Source: an uncultured Bacteroidota bacterium
Lineage (GTDB): Bacteria; CLD3; SB21
Reading direction: 5' to 3'
Length of the DNA stretch: 64,000 nt
NCBI GenBank assembly: GCA_964415295.1
Contig: CAYPYN010000002.1
Coordinates: 324,595 to 388,594, forward strand
Under the pieces are notes generated by a model. It ran no database searches. It saw only the letters and a list, made by a program, of their open reading frames with translations, and was not told the DNA's origin. The stretch's first letter is position 1. Every line of letters begins with the position of its first letter. Shown here in pieces: positions 52,843-63,775 of this stretch. A program made the position numbers and the translations under genes.

Positions 52843-55800
52843 TCATTTTGTTGCGATGGATACACGGCCTCTACCGATGACGCCGTGGAGGGTCTTGAAG
52901 AATTCGTTATTGGGTACAATGCGGAATTTGTTGACCTTGTATCGTGCTACTGCATTCTTGTCGGGTATGTCCACGTTCAACTGGATCTCGCAAGTATTCG
53001 CATTCTTATCGCGGCCGGTCTTCATGCTGTTCCTGAAAATTTCAGCCAATTTATCCAGCACCCCGTTCTGCAATTGTTCTGAAGAAAGCTGGATCACTAC
53101 CTTATTAGTGAAACGCTCCAGCACGTCATCCATCGCCAACACCGTGTCGGCAATAATACTCATGGACTCGTTCCGGTGCGAAGCCTTTCCGGAGATCATT
53201 ACCACGTTTTCTTTGCGCAATTTGTCCGCACAGTCCTTCATGACGCTGGCAAAAACGACTGCCTCCATCGTTCCTCCAAACCCTTCCAGCTTAACAAAGG
53301 CCATCGGATTCCCTTTCTTGTCGAAGATCTGGCGCACATCGGCAATCATGCCGCCCACGCGCATTTCCGCTCCGTCCCTCACGGAAGTCTCTTCTCCGAT
53401 ACGGTAAGTGGAGAACGCCTCAAGTTCGAAGCGGTATTTATCCAGCGGATGCCCGGATGCATAGAATCCAAGGAGTTCTTTCTCTTTGGCCAATTCCTCG
53501 GCATGCGTCCATCGCGGCACGTCCGGTAGAACAAAGATCCCTGAGTCCACGGGTTTTTCCGATGGAGCGAGATTTCCGAAAATATCCGTCTGATCGGAAT
53601 TGGCCTGCACCTGTTTTTTGGACCCATAATTCAGCGCTTTTTCAATGGAAGCAAATAGCTGTGACCGGTGGCCGTGAAGCGAATCGCACGCGCCCGACAT
53701 CACCAGGCTTTCCATGACCTTCTTGTTGGCGAGACGCAGATCGACGAATTCGCAAAGATCAAAAATCGTCTTGAACTTACCGTGCGTTTCGCGTGCCTGA
53801 ATGATCGATTCGATCGCTCCTAAGCCGACATTCTTTACGGCTCCAAGGCCAAAGCGTATCGTGTTATTTTTGACGGAAAACTCCGCGACGCTTTCGTTGA
53901 CATCGGGCGGCAACACTTCAATGCCCATGTCGCGGCAGGCATTGATGAGAACCGAGATGCGGTCCGTATTGGCCATTTCGCTCGATAGAACGGCGGCCAT
54001 GAATTCCGCCGTATAATGCGCTTTCAGGTAAGCCGTTTGATACGCCAGGATCGAATAAGCGGCAGAGTGGGATTTATTGAACGCGTAATTGGAAAACGGC
54101 ACCAGAATGTCAAATATCTGCTCCGCGAGGACTTTTGTGTAGCCGCGGGCTACGGCCCCATCCACCCATTCCGGCCGGATCTTTTCGAGTTCTTCCGGTT
54201 TCTTTTTGGACATAATTCGACGCACAACATCGGCTTTGCCGAGAGAAAAGCCGGCCAGAACCTGTGCAACCTGCATCACCTGCTCCTGGTAAACGATCAC
54301 ACCGTACGTGCTCATCAAAATGGGTTCGAGATTGGGATGAAAACAATCGATCGGAAGTTTCCCGTTCTTACGCGCGATAAAGGTCTCGATAAATTCCATA
54401 GGGCCGGGACGGTACAACGCATTCATCGCGATCAGATCGTCGATGCAGGTCGGCTTGAGTTTCTTCATGTATTCCGTCATGCCCTGCGATTCGAACTGGA
54501 AAATGCCTACCGTTTCGCCGCGCCAGAAAAGCTGGAACGCCTTGTCGTCATCGAGAGGAATGGTATTGAGGTCAATATCCACCCCATGATTCATTTTGAT
54601 ATGCCGGCGGGCATCGTCGAGGATACTCAGCGTCGTAAGGCCCAGAAAATCCATTTTGAGCAGACCGATCTTCTCGACCCAATCTTTGTCGAATTGCGTG
54701 GAAATTTCGTCCTTGGCCGATTTGTACACCGGAACAAACTTCTTGATCTGGTCCGGTGTGATCACGACGCCGGCGGCATGAATACCGGGCTGCCGGACGA
54801 GACCTTCCAGGGTCTGAGAATATTCAAGAAGATTCCGCATGCGGTCGTCGTCGCTGTCGGACAGTTTCTTCAGATCCGGGACTTCGTCGATAGCCTCCTT
54901 CAAGGTGATGTCCAAACGGCGAGGGATCATCTTGGCGATCCGGTCGGCGTCTGCCAGCGTAATATTGAGCGCCCGAGCAACATCACGGATCACCGCACGC
55001 GCCTTCATCGCGCCAAACGTGATGATCTGCGCTACGTTATCCTTGCCGTATTTATTGATTACATATTCAATGACTTTACCCCGATTCTTATCGTCAAAAT
55101 CGATATCAATATCCGGCATGGAAATGCGGTCGGGATTAAGAAAACGCTCGAAGAGAAGGCTATACTTGAGCGGATCCACATCCGTAATGCCTATCGCATA
55201 GGATACCAGACTTCCTGCGGCCGAGCCGCGGCCCGGACCGACCGACACACCCATTTGCTTTGCCGAGTTGATGAAATCCTGCACGACAAGGAAATATCCC
55301 GGGAAACCCATCTTCGCGATCATTTCCAGTTCGTAATCGAGACGCGCGGTCATTTCCGGTGTGACCTGTCCGCCCATTTTCTTCTTCAGGCCTTCCTGCG
55401 CAAGGAATTTCAGATACTCATTCTCACCGCCAAACGGCTCGGGCAGAGTGAATTTGGGCAATTGCGATTTTCCGAATTCCATCTCGAACGTACATTTTTC
55501 AGCCAGAGCCAGTGTATTCTCGATCGCGGACGGAACATCTTTGAACAATTGTTTCATTTCGTCCGAAGAGCGGAAATAAAACGTATCGCCGGGATATTTA
55601 GGCCGGGTCACATCGGTCATGGTTTTCCCGGACTGGATGCACAAAAGAACCTCGTGCGCGCCGGCATGCGAAGGCTCCATGTAGTGGATATCATTGGTTG
55701 CGATCAGAGGAATATGCAGCTCTTTCGACAACCTCATCAAACCGTCATTGACCACGGCGTCCACCGAAAGCCCGTGACGCTGCATTTCGAGATAGAAATC

Positions 55801-56289
55801 GCCGTTGAATATTTCCAGATATTCCGAAGCCAGGGCTCTGGCTTCCTCATATTTGCCGTGCATCAGGCGTTGAGGGATCTCTCCTTTAAGGCACGCGGAA
55901 GTTCCGATCAATCCGGCGGCATATTGCCTGATGAATGCCTTATCGATGCGGGGCTTGTAATAAAATCCGTCGAGATATCCCTGCGACGCCAACAGCATCA
56001 GGTTGTGATAGCCCTCCTGATCCTTCGCGATCAAAACGAGGTGATAGATCAACTTGCTCTTTTCAAGGCGGTTGGGCGCGATATACGCCTCCATGCCGAT
56101 GATGGGTTTGACGCCGGCCTTCTTGGCTTTACTGTAAAATTCCGCTGCGCCGAACATGTTACCGTAATCCGTGATCCCCAGGCCCGGCATCTTGTGATTG
56201 ACAGCGGCTTCGACCAGATCATCGACCTTGCAGATGCTGTCGAGAAGGCTGTAATCGGTGTGATTGTGGAGATGTATGAAATCGGACAT
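52843..56289 (-). CDS. dnaE: DNA polymerase III alpha subunit
   Basis: About 1148 aa from the start MSDFIHLHNHTDYSLLD (PHP domain), followed by the polymerase core and an OB fold. The ORF continues to 56325 but the internal start is preferred. Confidence 0.9.
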   Translation of the reverse strand: MSDFIHLHNHTDYSLLDSICKVDDLVEAAVNHKMPGLGITDYGNMFGAAEFYSKAKKAGVKPIIGMEAYIAPNRLEKSKLIYHLVLIAKDQEGYHNLMLLASQGYLDGFYYKPRIDKAFIRQYAAGLIGTSACLKGEIPQRLMHGKYEEARALASEYLEIFNGDFYLEMQRHGLSVDAVVNDGLMRLSKELHIPLIATNDIHYMEPSHAGAHEVLLCIQSGKTMTDVTRPKYPGDTFYFRSSDEMKQLFKDVPSAIENTLALAEKCTFEMEFGKSQLPKFTLPEPFGGENEYLKFLAQEGLKKKMGGQVTPEMTARLDYELEMIAKMGFPGYFLVVQDFINSAKQMGVSVGPGRGSAAGSLVSYAIGITDVDPLKYSLLFERFLNPDRISMPDIDIDFDDKNRGKVIEYVINKYGKDNVAQIITFGAMKARAVIRDVARALNITLADADRIAKMIPRRLDITLKEAIDEVPDLKKLSDSDDDRMRNLLEYSQTLEGLVRQPGIHAAGVVITPDQIKKFVPVYKSAKDEISTQFDKDWVEKIGLLKMDFLGLTTLSILDDARRHIKMNHGVDIDLNTIPLDDDKAFQLFWRGETVGIFQFESQGMTEYMKKLKPTCIDDLIAMNALYRPGPMEFIETFIARKNGKLPIDCFHPNLEPILMSTYGVIVYQEQVMQVAQVLAGFSLGKADVVRRIMSKKKPEELEKIRPEWVDGAVARGYTKVLAEQIFDILVPFSNYAFNKSHSAAYSILAYQTAYLKAHYTAEFMAAVLSSEMANTDRISVLINACRDMGIEVLPPDVNESVAEFSVKNNTIRFGLGAVKNVGLGAIESIIQARETHGKFKTIFDLCEFVDLRLANKKVMESLVMSGACDSLHGHRSQLFASIEKALNYGSKKQVQANSDQTDIFGNLAPSEKPVDSGIFVLPDVPRWTHAEELAKEKELLGFYASGHPLDKYRFELEAFSTYRIGEETSVRDGAEMRVGGMIADVRQIFDKKGNPMAFVKLEGFGGTMEAVVFASVMKDCADKLRKENVVMISGKASHRNESMSIIADTVLAMDDVLERFTNKVVIQLSSEQLQNGVLDKLAEIFRNSMKTGRDKNANTCEIQLNVDIPDKNAVARYKVNKFRIVPNNEFFKTLHGVIGRGRVSIATK

Positions 56290-56459
56290 AGCTTTAGTAA
56301 AGAAACTTTTAACCACAAAGTGCACAAAATAATACTAACAAAGAGCGCAAGGAATAGAAAGTATTATACTTAGTGATCTTGTGATTTTCTCTCAGTGAAC
56401 TTTGTGGTTAGCAAAAATTAACAATACAAACTTAGAATGTTTTTGAACTTTATCAAATA

Positions 56460-57692
56460 TTATTTCGGCTCCAGCAAGACCATCGTTTCTATATGTTCCG
56501 TTGCAGGAAACATGTCGAGCGGAACGACACGGCTTACCCGATATCCGTTTTGCGTCCAGTGCTTTAATTCAGCCGAGATTAAATCGGCCTCGCAAAAGAT
56601 ATGGAGAGCTTTCTTCAGTTTTTGTTCGGCTAAAAACTCTATAACACCGTTATCCGTACCGTTGCGCGGCGGATCAAGTATCACGGATGATGGAACCGAT
56701 CCTTGGCTCATAAATTTACCCAGAGACTCCGCCGTGATTTTTTCTTTATAGAATCGCACATTGCTGATCTTGTTCCGCACCGCATTTGATTTAGCTGACG
56801 CAACCGCTGAAGGCGATGATTCGATCCCTGTTACATGCGTGACCCGTTTAGCCGCGCTCAGCCCAAAAAGACCAAAACCGGAGTAAAGATCGTAGAGAAC
56901 ATCTTCTTTCTTCAGATTCATCATGTTCAACGCGGTCTCAGCCATAGTTCCAATGATCGAGGCGTTCGTCTGCGAAAAAGCTAAAGGCGAGAAAAGCAAA
57001 GACAGGTCACGGATCTTCAGGAAGACCTCATTTTTTCCATAGACCTTCCTGAAATTCTCATGAGCCCGGTCGGATAGATAATATTTGGACCGTTCCTCGA
57101 CCACAAAAAACAGACCGGAAATCTCTTTAATTTCTTTGGTCAGATTTTTTGACAACCGCGTCAGGGAAGCGCCGATCTCTTTGGATGAATCCTGAAGATT
57201 GAAGATGATCCAGAATTCATCATAGCTTCCTTTGAGGATCACGTGGCTCAATACACGGGCCAGAGCCCTTCCATCACGGGAGGCGATGAATTGCTGAATA
57301 TGCTGATAGATATGATTATGACCGGCAGGTTCTATGGCGCAGTGCATCACATCGATCGGGCGGACGCGGCCGGATTCTGAGATATCGGTCAGGCCAAGAA
57401 GTGTCTGGCCATTGGCGTCGCGAAACGCCCGGCGCTTACTTACCGTTCGGTATCCTCTTCCCTGCGGCGAAACGACCAGAGGCTCCGCTGTTCCGGGCAG
57501 CTTGTTCACCCGCCAAAATTCCGCGAAGGACTTTTCTTTTACAGTGGTTTCATCCTTATAGCCGAGGTCAATGGCCGGACAAATGGTACAAATTTCGCCG
57601 CGGTAGGTTTCACAATATTTATCCTTAGGCTTGACGCGCGAAAAAGTGGAAGACCGGTTGGTTCGAAGAAATATTTCGGAAAATGAGGTCAT
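56460..57692 (-). CDS. RNA (uracil-5-)-methyltransferase, TrmA/RumA (RlmD-like) family
   Basis: 410 aa with an N-terminal Cys cluster (CETYRGEICTICP), SAM motif I DLYSGFGLFGLSAA and a catalytic region near VILDPPRNG. Confidence 0.75.
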   Translation of the reverse strand: MTSFSEIFLRTNRSSTFSRVKPKDKYCETYRGEICTICPAIDLGYKDETTVKEKSFAEFWRVNKLPGTAEPLVVSPQGRGYRTVSKRRAFRDANGQTLLGLTDISESGRVRPIDVMHCAIEPAGHNHIYQHIQQFIASRDGRALARVLSHVILKGSYDEFWIIFNLQDSSKEIGASLTRLSKNLTKEIKEISGLFFVVEERSKYYLSDRAHENFRKVYGKNEVFLKIRDLSLLFSPLAFSQTNASIIGTMAETALNMMNLKKEDVLYDLYSGFGLFGLSAAKRVTHVTGIESSPSAVASAKSNAVRNKISNVRFYKEKITAESLGKFMSQGSVPSSVILDPPRNGTDNGVIEFLAEQKLKKALHIFCEADLISAELKHWTQNGYRVSRVVPLDMFPATEHIETMVLLEPK

Positions 57693-57836
57693 GGAGTTGA
57701 AATATCAAATCACAAAAAACAAATTACAAACAAATCTCAAGTTCTAATTCCAGAAAACACATCTTCTTGATTATCGTTTGCTATTTGGTTCTTGGAATAT
57801 ATCTGGAATTTGGCGCTTGTTATTTGTGATTTAATA

Positions 57837-59390
57837 CTATTCCCATTCAATAGTGGCCGGCGGCTTGGAGCTGATGTCGTACGTCACGCGGTTAATGCCA
57901 CGGACTTCGTTGATGATCCTGTTGGATACTTTGCCGAGCAATTCGTACGGCACATGCGCCCAATCGGCGGTCATACCGTCCTGACTGGTAACGGCGCGGA
58001 GCGCCACGGCGTTCTGATACGTTCTCTCATCCCCCATCACACCGACCGACTTAACCGGAAGAAGGACCGTGAACGCCTGCCAAATATTCTTGTATTCGCC
58101 GGATGCTTTCAACTCGTCAATGAAAATCGCATCCGCTTCGCGTAAAAGATCGCAACGTTCTTTGTTGACTTCGCCCAAAATACGTACCGCTAATCCCGGA
58201 CCCGGGAACGGATGGCGCATCAGCAATTCATCGGATAATCCCAACTGACGTCCCACCGATCGTACTTCATCCTTAAAGAGTTCCCGCAGCGGCTCGATCA
58301 GTTTTAATCGCATTTTTTCCGGCAGACCGCCGACGTTGTGATGCGTTTTTATCGTAGCCGAGGGACCTTTGACGGAAACACTCTCGATCACATCCGGATA
58401 TAAAGTGCCCTGGGCAAGGAAATCAATATGACCGACGGTCGTACGCAGTTTTTCTACTTCCGTTTCAAACACATCGATGAACGTATTACCGATGATCTTG
58501 CGTTTCTTTTCCGGATCTTCCACGCCTTTGAGCCGTGAGAGAAAAAGCTGCGAGGCATCGGCCACGATCAGATGGTTCTTAAAGAACTTCTTAAATGTGG
58601 ATTCCACCTGCTCGCGTTCGTTCTTCCGGAGCAAACCGTTGTCCACAAAAATGGCCGAAAACCGGTCCGGTATGGATTCATGAAGCAGCATCGCCGCCAC
58701 GGAAGAATCCACGCCGCCGGACAAGGCGCAGATCACGTATCCGTCACCGACCGTATCCCGGATATTCTTTACGGATTCTTTTACAAAAGAAGAAGCGGTC
58801 CAGGAACCGGAACAACCGCAAATGCTTTTTGTGAAGTTCTCAAGGAGGTTTTTACCCAAAACCGTGTGAGCCACTTCGGGGTGGAATTGTACGCCCCAGA
58901 ATTTCTTATTCGTTTGCCTCATGGCCGTGATCGGAGCATTATCCGTTCCGGCGATGATCTCAAATTCCGCCGGAGCCTTTTCAAGACGGTCGCCGTGACT
59001 TTGCCATACGGTGGTCGCCGCCGGGAAACCTTTGAACAAATCGTCGTGGTTGGCAATACGAATTTCCGCACGGCCGTATTCGCGGTGCGCCGCTTTGTCT
59101 ACTTTGCCGCCGAGATAATGCGCCATGACCTGCATGCCATAGCAAATTCCAAGTACCGGCACGCCGAGATCAAATACGGTTCGATCCGGCAAGGGAGCTT
59201 TTTCGTCGTATACGCTTGACGGTCCACCGGATAGAATGATCCCTACCGGCTTAAGTGAGCGGATCTTTTCAGGCGATGTATTAAACGGATGGATCTCACA
59301 ATAGATATTCATCTCGCGTATGCGGCGGGCGATGAGTTGGGTAAATTGCGAGCCGAAATCAAGAATGAGAATGGTTTCAGAATGGTGCAC
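57837..59390 (-). CDS. guaA: GMP synthase (glutamine-hydrolysing)
   Basis: 517 aa with a GATase1 N-domain ([27 protein letters not shown]), the ATP-PPase motif SGGVDSSV, and the C-terminal dimerisation domain ending IEWE. Confidence 0.92.
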   Translation of the reverse strand: MHHSETILILDFGSQFTQLIARRIREMNIYCEIHPFNTSPEKIRSLKPVGIILSGGPSSVYDEKAPLPDRTVFDLGVPVLGICYGMQVMAHYLGGKVDKAAHREYGRAEIRIANHDDLFKGFPAATTVWQSHGDRLEKAPAEFEIIAGTDNAPITAMRQTNKKFWGVQFHPEVAHTVLGKNLLENFTKSICGCSGSWTASSFVKESVKNIRDTVGDGYVICALSGGVDSSVAAMLLHESIPDRFSAIFVDNGLLRKNEREQVESTFKKFFKNHLIVADASQLFLSRLKGVEDPEKKRKIIGNTFIDVFETEVEKLRTTVGHIDFLAQGTLYPDVIESVSVKGPSATIKTHHNVGGLPEKMRLKLIEPLRELFKDEVRSVGRQLGLSDELLMRHPFPGPGLAVRILGEVNKERCDLLREADAIFIDELKASGEYKNIWQAFTVLLPVKSVGVMGDERTYQNAVALRAVTSQDGMTADWAHVPYELLGKVSNRIINEVRGINRVTYDISSKPPATIEWE

Positions 59391-59477
59391 GGACTTGAAC
59401 CTTTATTGTTAATGCTTTTGGTTGAATAGAAATTGAATCATTGATTCATTTAGTCATTGAGTCATTTGAAATCGGTT

Positions 59478-59903
59478 TTATTTTATTTTTTGATAGATAT
59501 TCCAGGCTTTTTCGAAGTCTTTCAGCAGAAAACTTGTTTTTGTTTCACCTAATTTTGGATGGTGATTACGCAGATCCTCAATCGTAGACCAGCGAAATTC
59601 AGAATGTTCCTTGGACAATTGAACCTCTCCAGAGCTGGTCGTTGCTAGATAATCGATGGAAGTAAGCAGACCATTTTGGTAATTTCCATGCCAAACATAC
59701 ACCGGCATGAGCAGTTCCACCTCTAATCCCGTCTCCTCTCTTACTTCCCGCATAACGCCCTTGTTCGGATCCTCATCCGGTTCAAGCCGGCCGCCGGGCG
59801 GACCCCAGACCGCGGGCTCATGGTTGCGTTTCAACAGGAGAAATTTATTGCCGCGAACGATATAAGCAATCACGGCTAATTGATGCGTGTGTGCCATTAG
59901 CAT
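59478..59903 (-). CDS. NUDIX hydrolase
   Basis: 141 aa with the Nudix box GGRLEPDEDPNKGVMREVREETGL. Confidence 0.8.
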   Translation of the reverse strand: MLMAHTHQLAVIAYIVRGNKFLLLKRNHEPAVWGPPGGRLEPDEDPNKGVMREVREETGLEVELLMPVYVWHGNYQNGLLTSIDYLATTSSGEVQLSKEHSEFRWSTIEDLRNHHPKLGETKTSFLLKDFEKAWNIYQKIK

Positions 59904-60427
59904 TATTTCTTGAGTGACAGGTATTTTTCCCGGCCCATACGAATAGCCGCATGCGCAAAGGCCATAGGCTCCCAGCCAAAACTGCGCACATCCTTTCCTT
60001 CCAAATGTTTATAAGTGGAAAAGAAATGTTCGATCTCGACCAACAAATGATGCGGTAATTGTTCCACACGCAACACATCTTTGTAGTGTTCGTCACGCAC
60101 CGCAACAGAAATGATCTTATCGTCCGGACCTTTATCGTCGCGCATGCGCAACACGCCCAGCGAACGCGCTTCTACAAGAATACCGATCGACAGCGGCTGG
60201 CTGGTCAATACCAGAATATCGAGCGGATCGCCGTCGTCATAGTACGTTCCCGGGATGAACCCATACGCCGTCGGGTAATGCACGGCGGAATACAGCACGC
60301 GGTCGAGTTTGAATATGTTCAACTCCGGATCATACTCGTATTTGTTACGGCTGCCTTCCGGGATTTCAATGATCGCATTGACGATCTCGGGAAACTGATC
60401 ACCTATGGGATAATCTTTTAAATTCAT
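59903..60427 (-). CDS. ppa: Inorganic pyrophosphatase (family I)
   Basis: About 174 aa from MNLKDY. The EIPxGSxNKYE-like motif IEIPEGSRNKYEYD and DGDPLDILV are present. The ORF extends to 60478 but the internal start is preferred. Confidence 0.85.
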   Translation of the reverse strand: MNLKDYPIGDQFPEIVNAIIEIPEGSRNKYEYDPELNIFKLDRVLYSAVHYPTAYGFIPGTYYDDGDPLDILVLTSQPLSIGILVEARSLGVLRMRDDKGPDDKIISVAVRDEHYKDVLRVEQLPHHLLVEIEHFFSTYKHLEGKDVRSFGWEPMAFAHAAIRMGREKYLSLKK

Positions 60428-60489
60428 AAAGCCTCTGGTTTGGTGGCGCAATATGCAGAAAAAAGAGGTAAGAAACAAAAAAAAGATAT

Positions 60490-61854
60490 TCAGGAAATCT
60501 TTTTCAGGCTTTTATTGGCGGCAATAAGAATGGGATCCCACACGGGAGAAAAAGGCGGTGAATAAAGCAGGTCCAGTCCGGCCAAATCGCGAATGGTCAT
60601 TTTATTTTGAATGGCCACCGAAAGAATATTCGCACGCATCGCGGCGCCTTCTTCGGCGATCAGGTTGGCGCCGATCAGACGTTTGCGGAATTTATCGATG
60701 ATGAATTTTATAAAAACAGGTCTTGAACCCGGATACGATTTGGAGCGTGAACTGGATGTAATGGATTCCGTGATCACCTGAAATCCGTGATAGGCCGCTT
60801 CATCTGAACTCAATCCGACCGAAGCCACTTCAAGTTCGAATACCTTGACGGCGGTCGTTCGGACCACGCCGGGGAATTCCGATCTCGATCCGGCCAGATT
60901 CTCACCGGCGATCCATCCGGTTTTGTTGGCTATATTTCCAAGCGGCAGATAAATGGATTTATTGGAAATAATATTCTTGATCTCCGTACAGGCGCCGGCG
61001 GCATAAATATTATCGAAATTGGTCTTCATACGCGGATCAACAAGGATACCACCCGATACGGCCGTTCGAATACCGGCTTTCTTAGCTATTTCGGTGTTGG
61101 GTTCAAACCCCAATGCCATGAGTATCAGATCAGCCTCAAAATCGCCGGCCGTCGTTTTCACTTTTGACGCCAGACCGTCTTTCATTTCCATGCCGGTTAC
61201 CACCGCATTTCCGATGAATTTTACACCATGCCTTTTTAGTTCATCCGCGACGATCGCTTGCGATTCGGGCTCCAACGTATTCATCGGCTGTACGGCACGG
61301 TGTATAACCGTGATCTCCAAACCGTGTTTTGCGAACGCCTCGGCCATTTCCATGCCAATAAATCCGCCGCCGATGATCAGCGCTTTTCGCGGCTTGCGCG
61401 TTTCGATGAATTTCTTAAGATCGATACTATCCTGCAGGTGTTTGATCGTAAAAACATTTTTTCCCTGAAGCCAGCCCCCATCTGGAATTCGCGCGCGTGC
61501 GCCGGTGGCGATGAGGAGTTTATCGTAGGCGTATTCGACACGCTTTCGGTTTTTTAAATCCATTACAACAATCTGGTTCTGTTTTGGGAGAATCTCTTCT
61601 ACGCGATGGAACGTTCTGACCGAACAACCCTTTTCTTTTTCGAATTCCGACGGAGAAAATGTGATTATGTTATGATAATCCGGGATCACGCCGCCGACAT
61701 AATACGGCATGGAACATGTTCCGTAAGAAATGAACTCCCCTTGTTCGAAAATAGTAATATTGAGATCCGGATCGATACGTTTGGCCTTTGCCGCCGCCGC
61801 AGGCCCGGCCGCCGTACCGCCTATGATGAGGATAGTCTTCTGAATTTTCTTCAT
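60490..61854 (-). CDS. FAD-dependent pyridine nucleotide-disulfide oxidoreductase (CoA-disulfide reductase / NADH oxidase family)
   Basis: 454 aa with the FAD-binding motif ILIIGGTAAGPAAAAKA, the redox Cys region YGTCSMPYY and the NAD-binding motif ALIIGGGFIGMEMA. Confidence 0.8.
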   Translation of the reverse strand: MKKIQKTILIIGGTAAGPAAAAKAKRIDPDLNITIFEQGEFISYGTCSMPYYVGGVIPDYHNIITFSPSEFEKEKGCSVRTFHRVEEILPKQNQIVVMDLKNRKRVEYAYDKLLIATGARARIPDGGWLQGKNVFTIKHLQDSIDLKKFIETRKPRKALIIGGGFIGMEMAEAFAKHGLEITVIHRAVQPMNTLEPESQAIVADELKRHGVKFIGNAVVTGMEMKDGLASKVKTTAGDFEADLILMALGFEPNTEIAKKAGIRTAVSGGILVDPRMKTNFDNIYAAGACTEIKNIISNKSIYLPLGNIANKTGWIAGENLAGSRSEFPGVVRTTAVKVFELEVASVGLSSDEAAYHGFQVITESITSSSRSKSYPGSRPVFIKFIIDKFRKRLIGANLIAEEGAAMRANILSVAIQNKMTIRDLAGLDLLYSPPFSPVWDPILIAANKSLKKIS

Positions 61855-61862
61855 GACACCAC

Positions 61863-63209
61863 TCAGGTTTTCTGCGGTTTTTTTCTTGCTGCCGGGAAAA
61901 GGATATTATTCAGGATCAGACGGTAACCGGGCGAATTCTTATGCAGAGCGAGATCTGTCGGCGGATCACCAACCTGATGGGCATAATCCTCGGGATCGTG
62001 CCCGCCGTAAAAAGTGAACATACCTTTACCGAAGTTGCCGTGAATATATTTGGCGGTACCGATTGAAGCGTCTTCACCCATGATGACCAGGTTGTCTTTG
62101 ACGAGCGAGCGGCGGTAGCCGGTGGTCTGACCCATAAATCCTTTGACCGTCGAGACATGGTTTTGAGTCAGCATCGTCGGAACGGGATCGTATTTTGCAG
62201 AAAAATCGAACAGGGTAAAATAATCCTCTTCGGGCGTCTTCAAACGCGCCGTCAGATTGGACGGATGATCGATATCGGAAAACTCATACGCGTACGGATT
62301 CATCTCAACCTTAAATCCGGTGAAGGCCAGTGTTTGGGAGTAATTCAAACGGCTGTTGGCGGACGGATCGGCCGGATCGCCGTCGTACATGATGTCGCAG
62401 ATATCCGTATTCTGCGCGGCAAGTGCAATGTCAAAACTGTCGGTGGCCCCGCACATGGCAAAAAGGAAACCTCCGTTGGCCACATACTCCTTCATCAGCT
62501 TCACAACCGCCAATTTTTCCCTGGAAACCTTGGCAAAGCCCATCTGGCGGGCAAATGACTCATAGTCCTTTTGCTGTTGTATATACCAGGGCGCGGTGGC
62601 ATAAAGCGCATAGAATTTGCCGTATTGTCCCGTGAAATCCTCATGGTGCAGATGCAGCCAGTCGTACTCGGAGAGTTTTCCCTGCAAGACCTCAAGGTCG
62701 AAGATCTTGTCGTAGCGGATCTCGGCATATTCCAACGCCATGGTAACCGCATCGTCCCAAGGTTTCTTGTCCGGCGGCGTGTACACGGCGATACGCGGCG
62801 CTTTTTCCAGCAGAATCGATTCCATATTCTCATCCGCAATGGTCTGATATACCTGTACGATTTCGGACGCACTCAACGTCTGCATCGTAACGCCGCGAAC
62901 GAGGCATTCGTTCTCAACCCCGGCCGAATAATCCATCATAAAAGAACCGCCGCGATAGTTCAGCAGCCATTCCACATTATTTCCTCCCTCGAGCGTTTTG
63001 AAAGCCACGCCGTACGCTTTGAGGTGATCGTTTTGCCTGAGATCCATGGGAATCAATATTTTCTGGGCAAACAAAGGTAGTGAAAGGCTCAGCAAGATGG
63101 TCCAACAATGGAGAGCGTAACGGAAGAGTTGAGTCATTAATCGTTTCGCATTACGTTTTTTGGTTTGTTTCGTTGATTCAATCGAACAAAACAATGAGTG
63201 AGAATTCAT
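61863..63209 (-). CDS. Hypothetical secreted protein (possible GATase1-like / ThuA-like fold)
   Basis: 448 aa. The probable true start is MTQLFRYALHCWTILLSLSLPLFAQ (signal peptide) at about 63137. GFLFAMCGATDSF resembles a nucleophile-elbow Cys; this is weak evidence only. Confidence 0.45.
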   Translation of the reverse strand: MNSHSLFCSIESTKQTKKRNAKRLMTQLFRYALHCWTILLSLSLPLFAQKILIPMDLRQNDHLKAYGVAFKTLEGGNNVEWLLNYRGGSFMMDYSAGVENECLVRGVTMQTLSASEIVQVYQTIADENMESILLEKAPRIAVYTPPDKKPWDDAVTMALEYAEIRYDKIFDLEVLQGKLSEYDWLHLHHEDFTGQYGKFYALYATAPWYIQQQKDYESFARQMGFAKVSREKLAVVKLMKEYVANGGFLFAMCGATDSFDIALAAQNTDICDIMYDGDPADPSANSRLNYSQTLAFTGFKVEMNPYAYEFSDIDHPSNLTARLKTPEEDYFTLFDFSAKYDPVPTMLTQNHVSTVKGFMGQTTGYRRSLVKDNLVIMGEDASIGTAKYIHGNFGKGMFTFYGGHDPEDYAHQVGDPPTDLALHKNSPGYRLILNNILFPAARKKPQKT

Positions 63210-63694
63210 TCTGCAGAAAATATCTTATGGACTTCTTCCGCAGTCCTGGCGTTCAGCAGTTTCTCTTTATTACGGCCGCTGCGCAAAAAGCGGGCAATCT
63301 GAGCCAGCGCTTTCACGTGAGGCCCTGTAACGGAAGGAGGGGAAGCCAGCATAAAAAACAACTTCACCGGCTGGCCGTCGGCCGCGTCAAAGTGGATGCC
63401 TTCGCGCTTGATGCCGAACGCCGCCACCAGCTTTTCGACTCCGGATGTTTTACCGTGAGGAACGGCCACTTCTTCACCAAGCCCTGTGCTCAGTTTGGCT
63501 TCACGTTCGATAATGGCCTGACGGACCGCAGACTTATCCAGAAGAGCGCCGGTCCGGTCCAGCGTTTCAATAAGCTCATCGATGATCTCTTGTTTGGTCA
63601 AACCCCGGAGTTCCAGATTAATCGCCGCCGGCTTCAGAAGTTCCGATAGAGTCTGTTTCTGTTTCGATTCCGATTTCAATAACATAGTCTCCAT
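63206..63694 (-). CDS. ptsN: PTS EIIA-Ntr type nitrogen-regulatory protein
   Basis: About 162 aa from METMLL. The PTS_EIIA_2 domain has the phosphorylatable His in VAVPHGK. The stop overlaps the downstream gene start by 4 bp. Confidence 0.75.
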   Translation of the reverse strand: METMLLKSESKQKQTLSELLKPAAINLELRGLTKQEIIDELIETLDRTGALLDKSAVRQAIIEREAKLSTGLGEEVAVPHGKTSGVEKLVAAFGIKREGIHFDAADGQPVKLFFMLASPPSVTGPHVKALAQIARFLRSGRNKEKLLNARTAEEVHKIFSAE

Positions 63695-63775
63695 GATAAT
63701 AACGCGGTAAAAGTAGTGAATACGTCCCTTTAATTCAACGATATTTACCGGGAAAACGGCGAAAAGTTTCAATTC

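Noticed and set aside
54016-56373. 785 aa plus-strand ORF
   Set aside because: Antisense to dnaE, whose translation carries the unmistakable PHP and polymerase motifs. Spurious.
63080-63649. 189 aa plus-strand ORF
   Set aside because: Antisense to ptsN, whose PTS EIIA-2 domain is recognisable.
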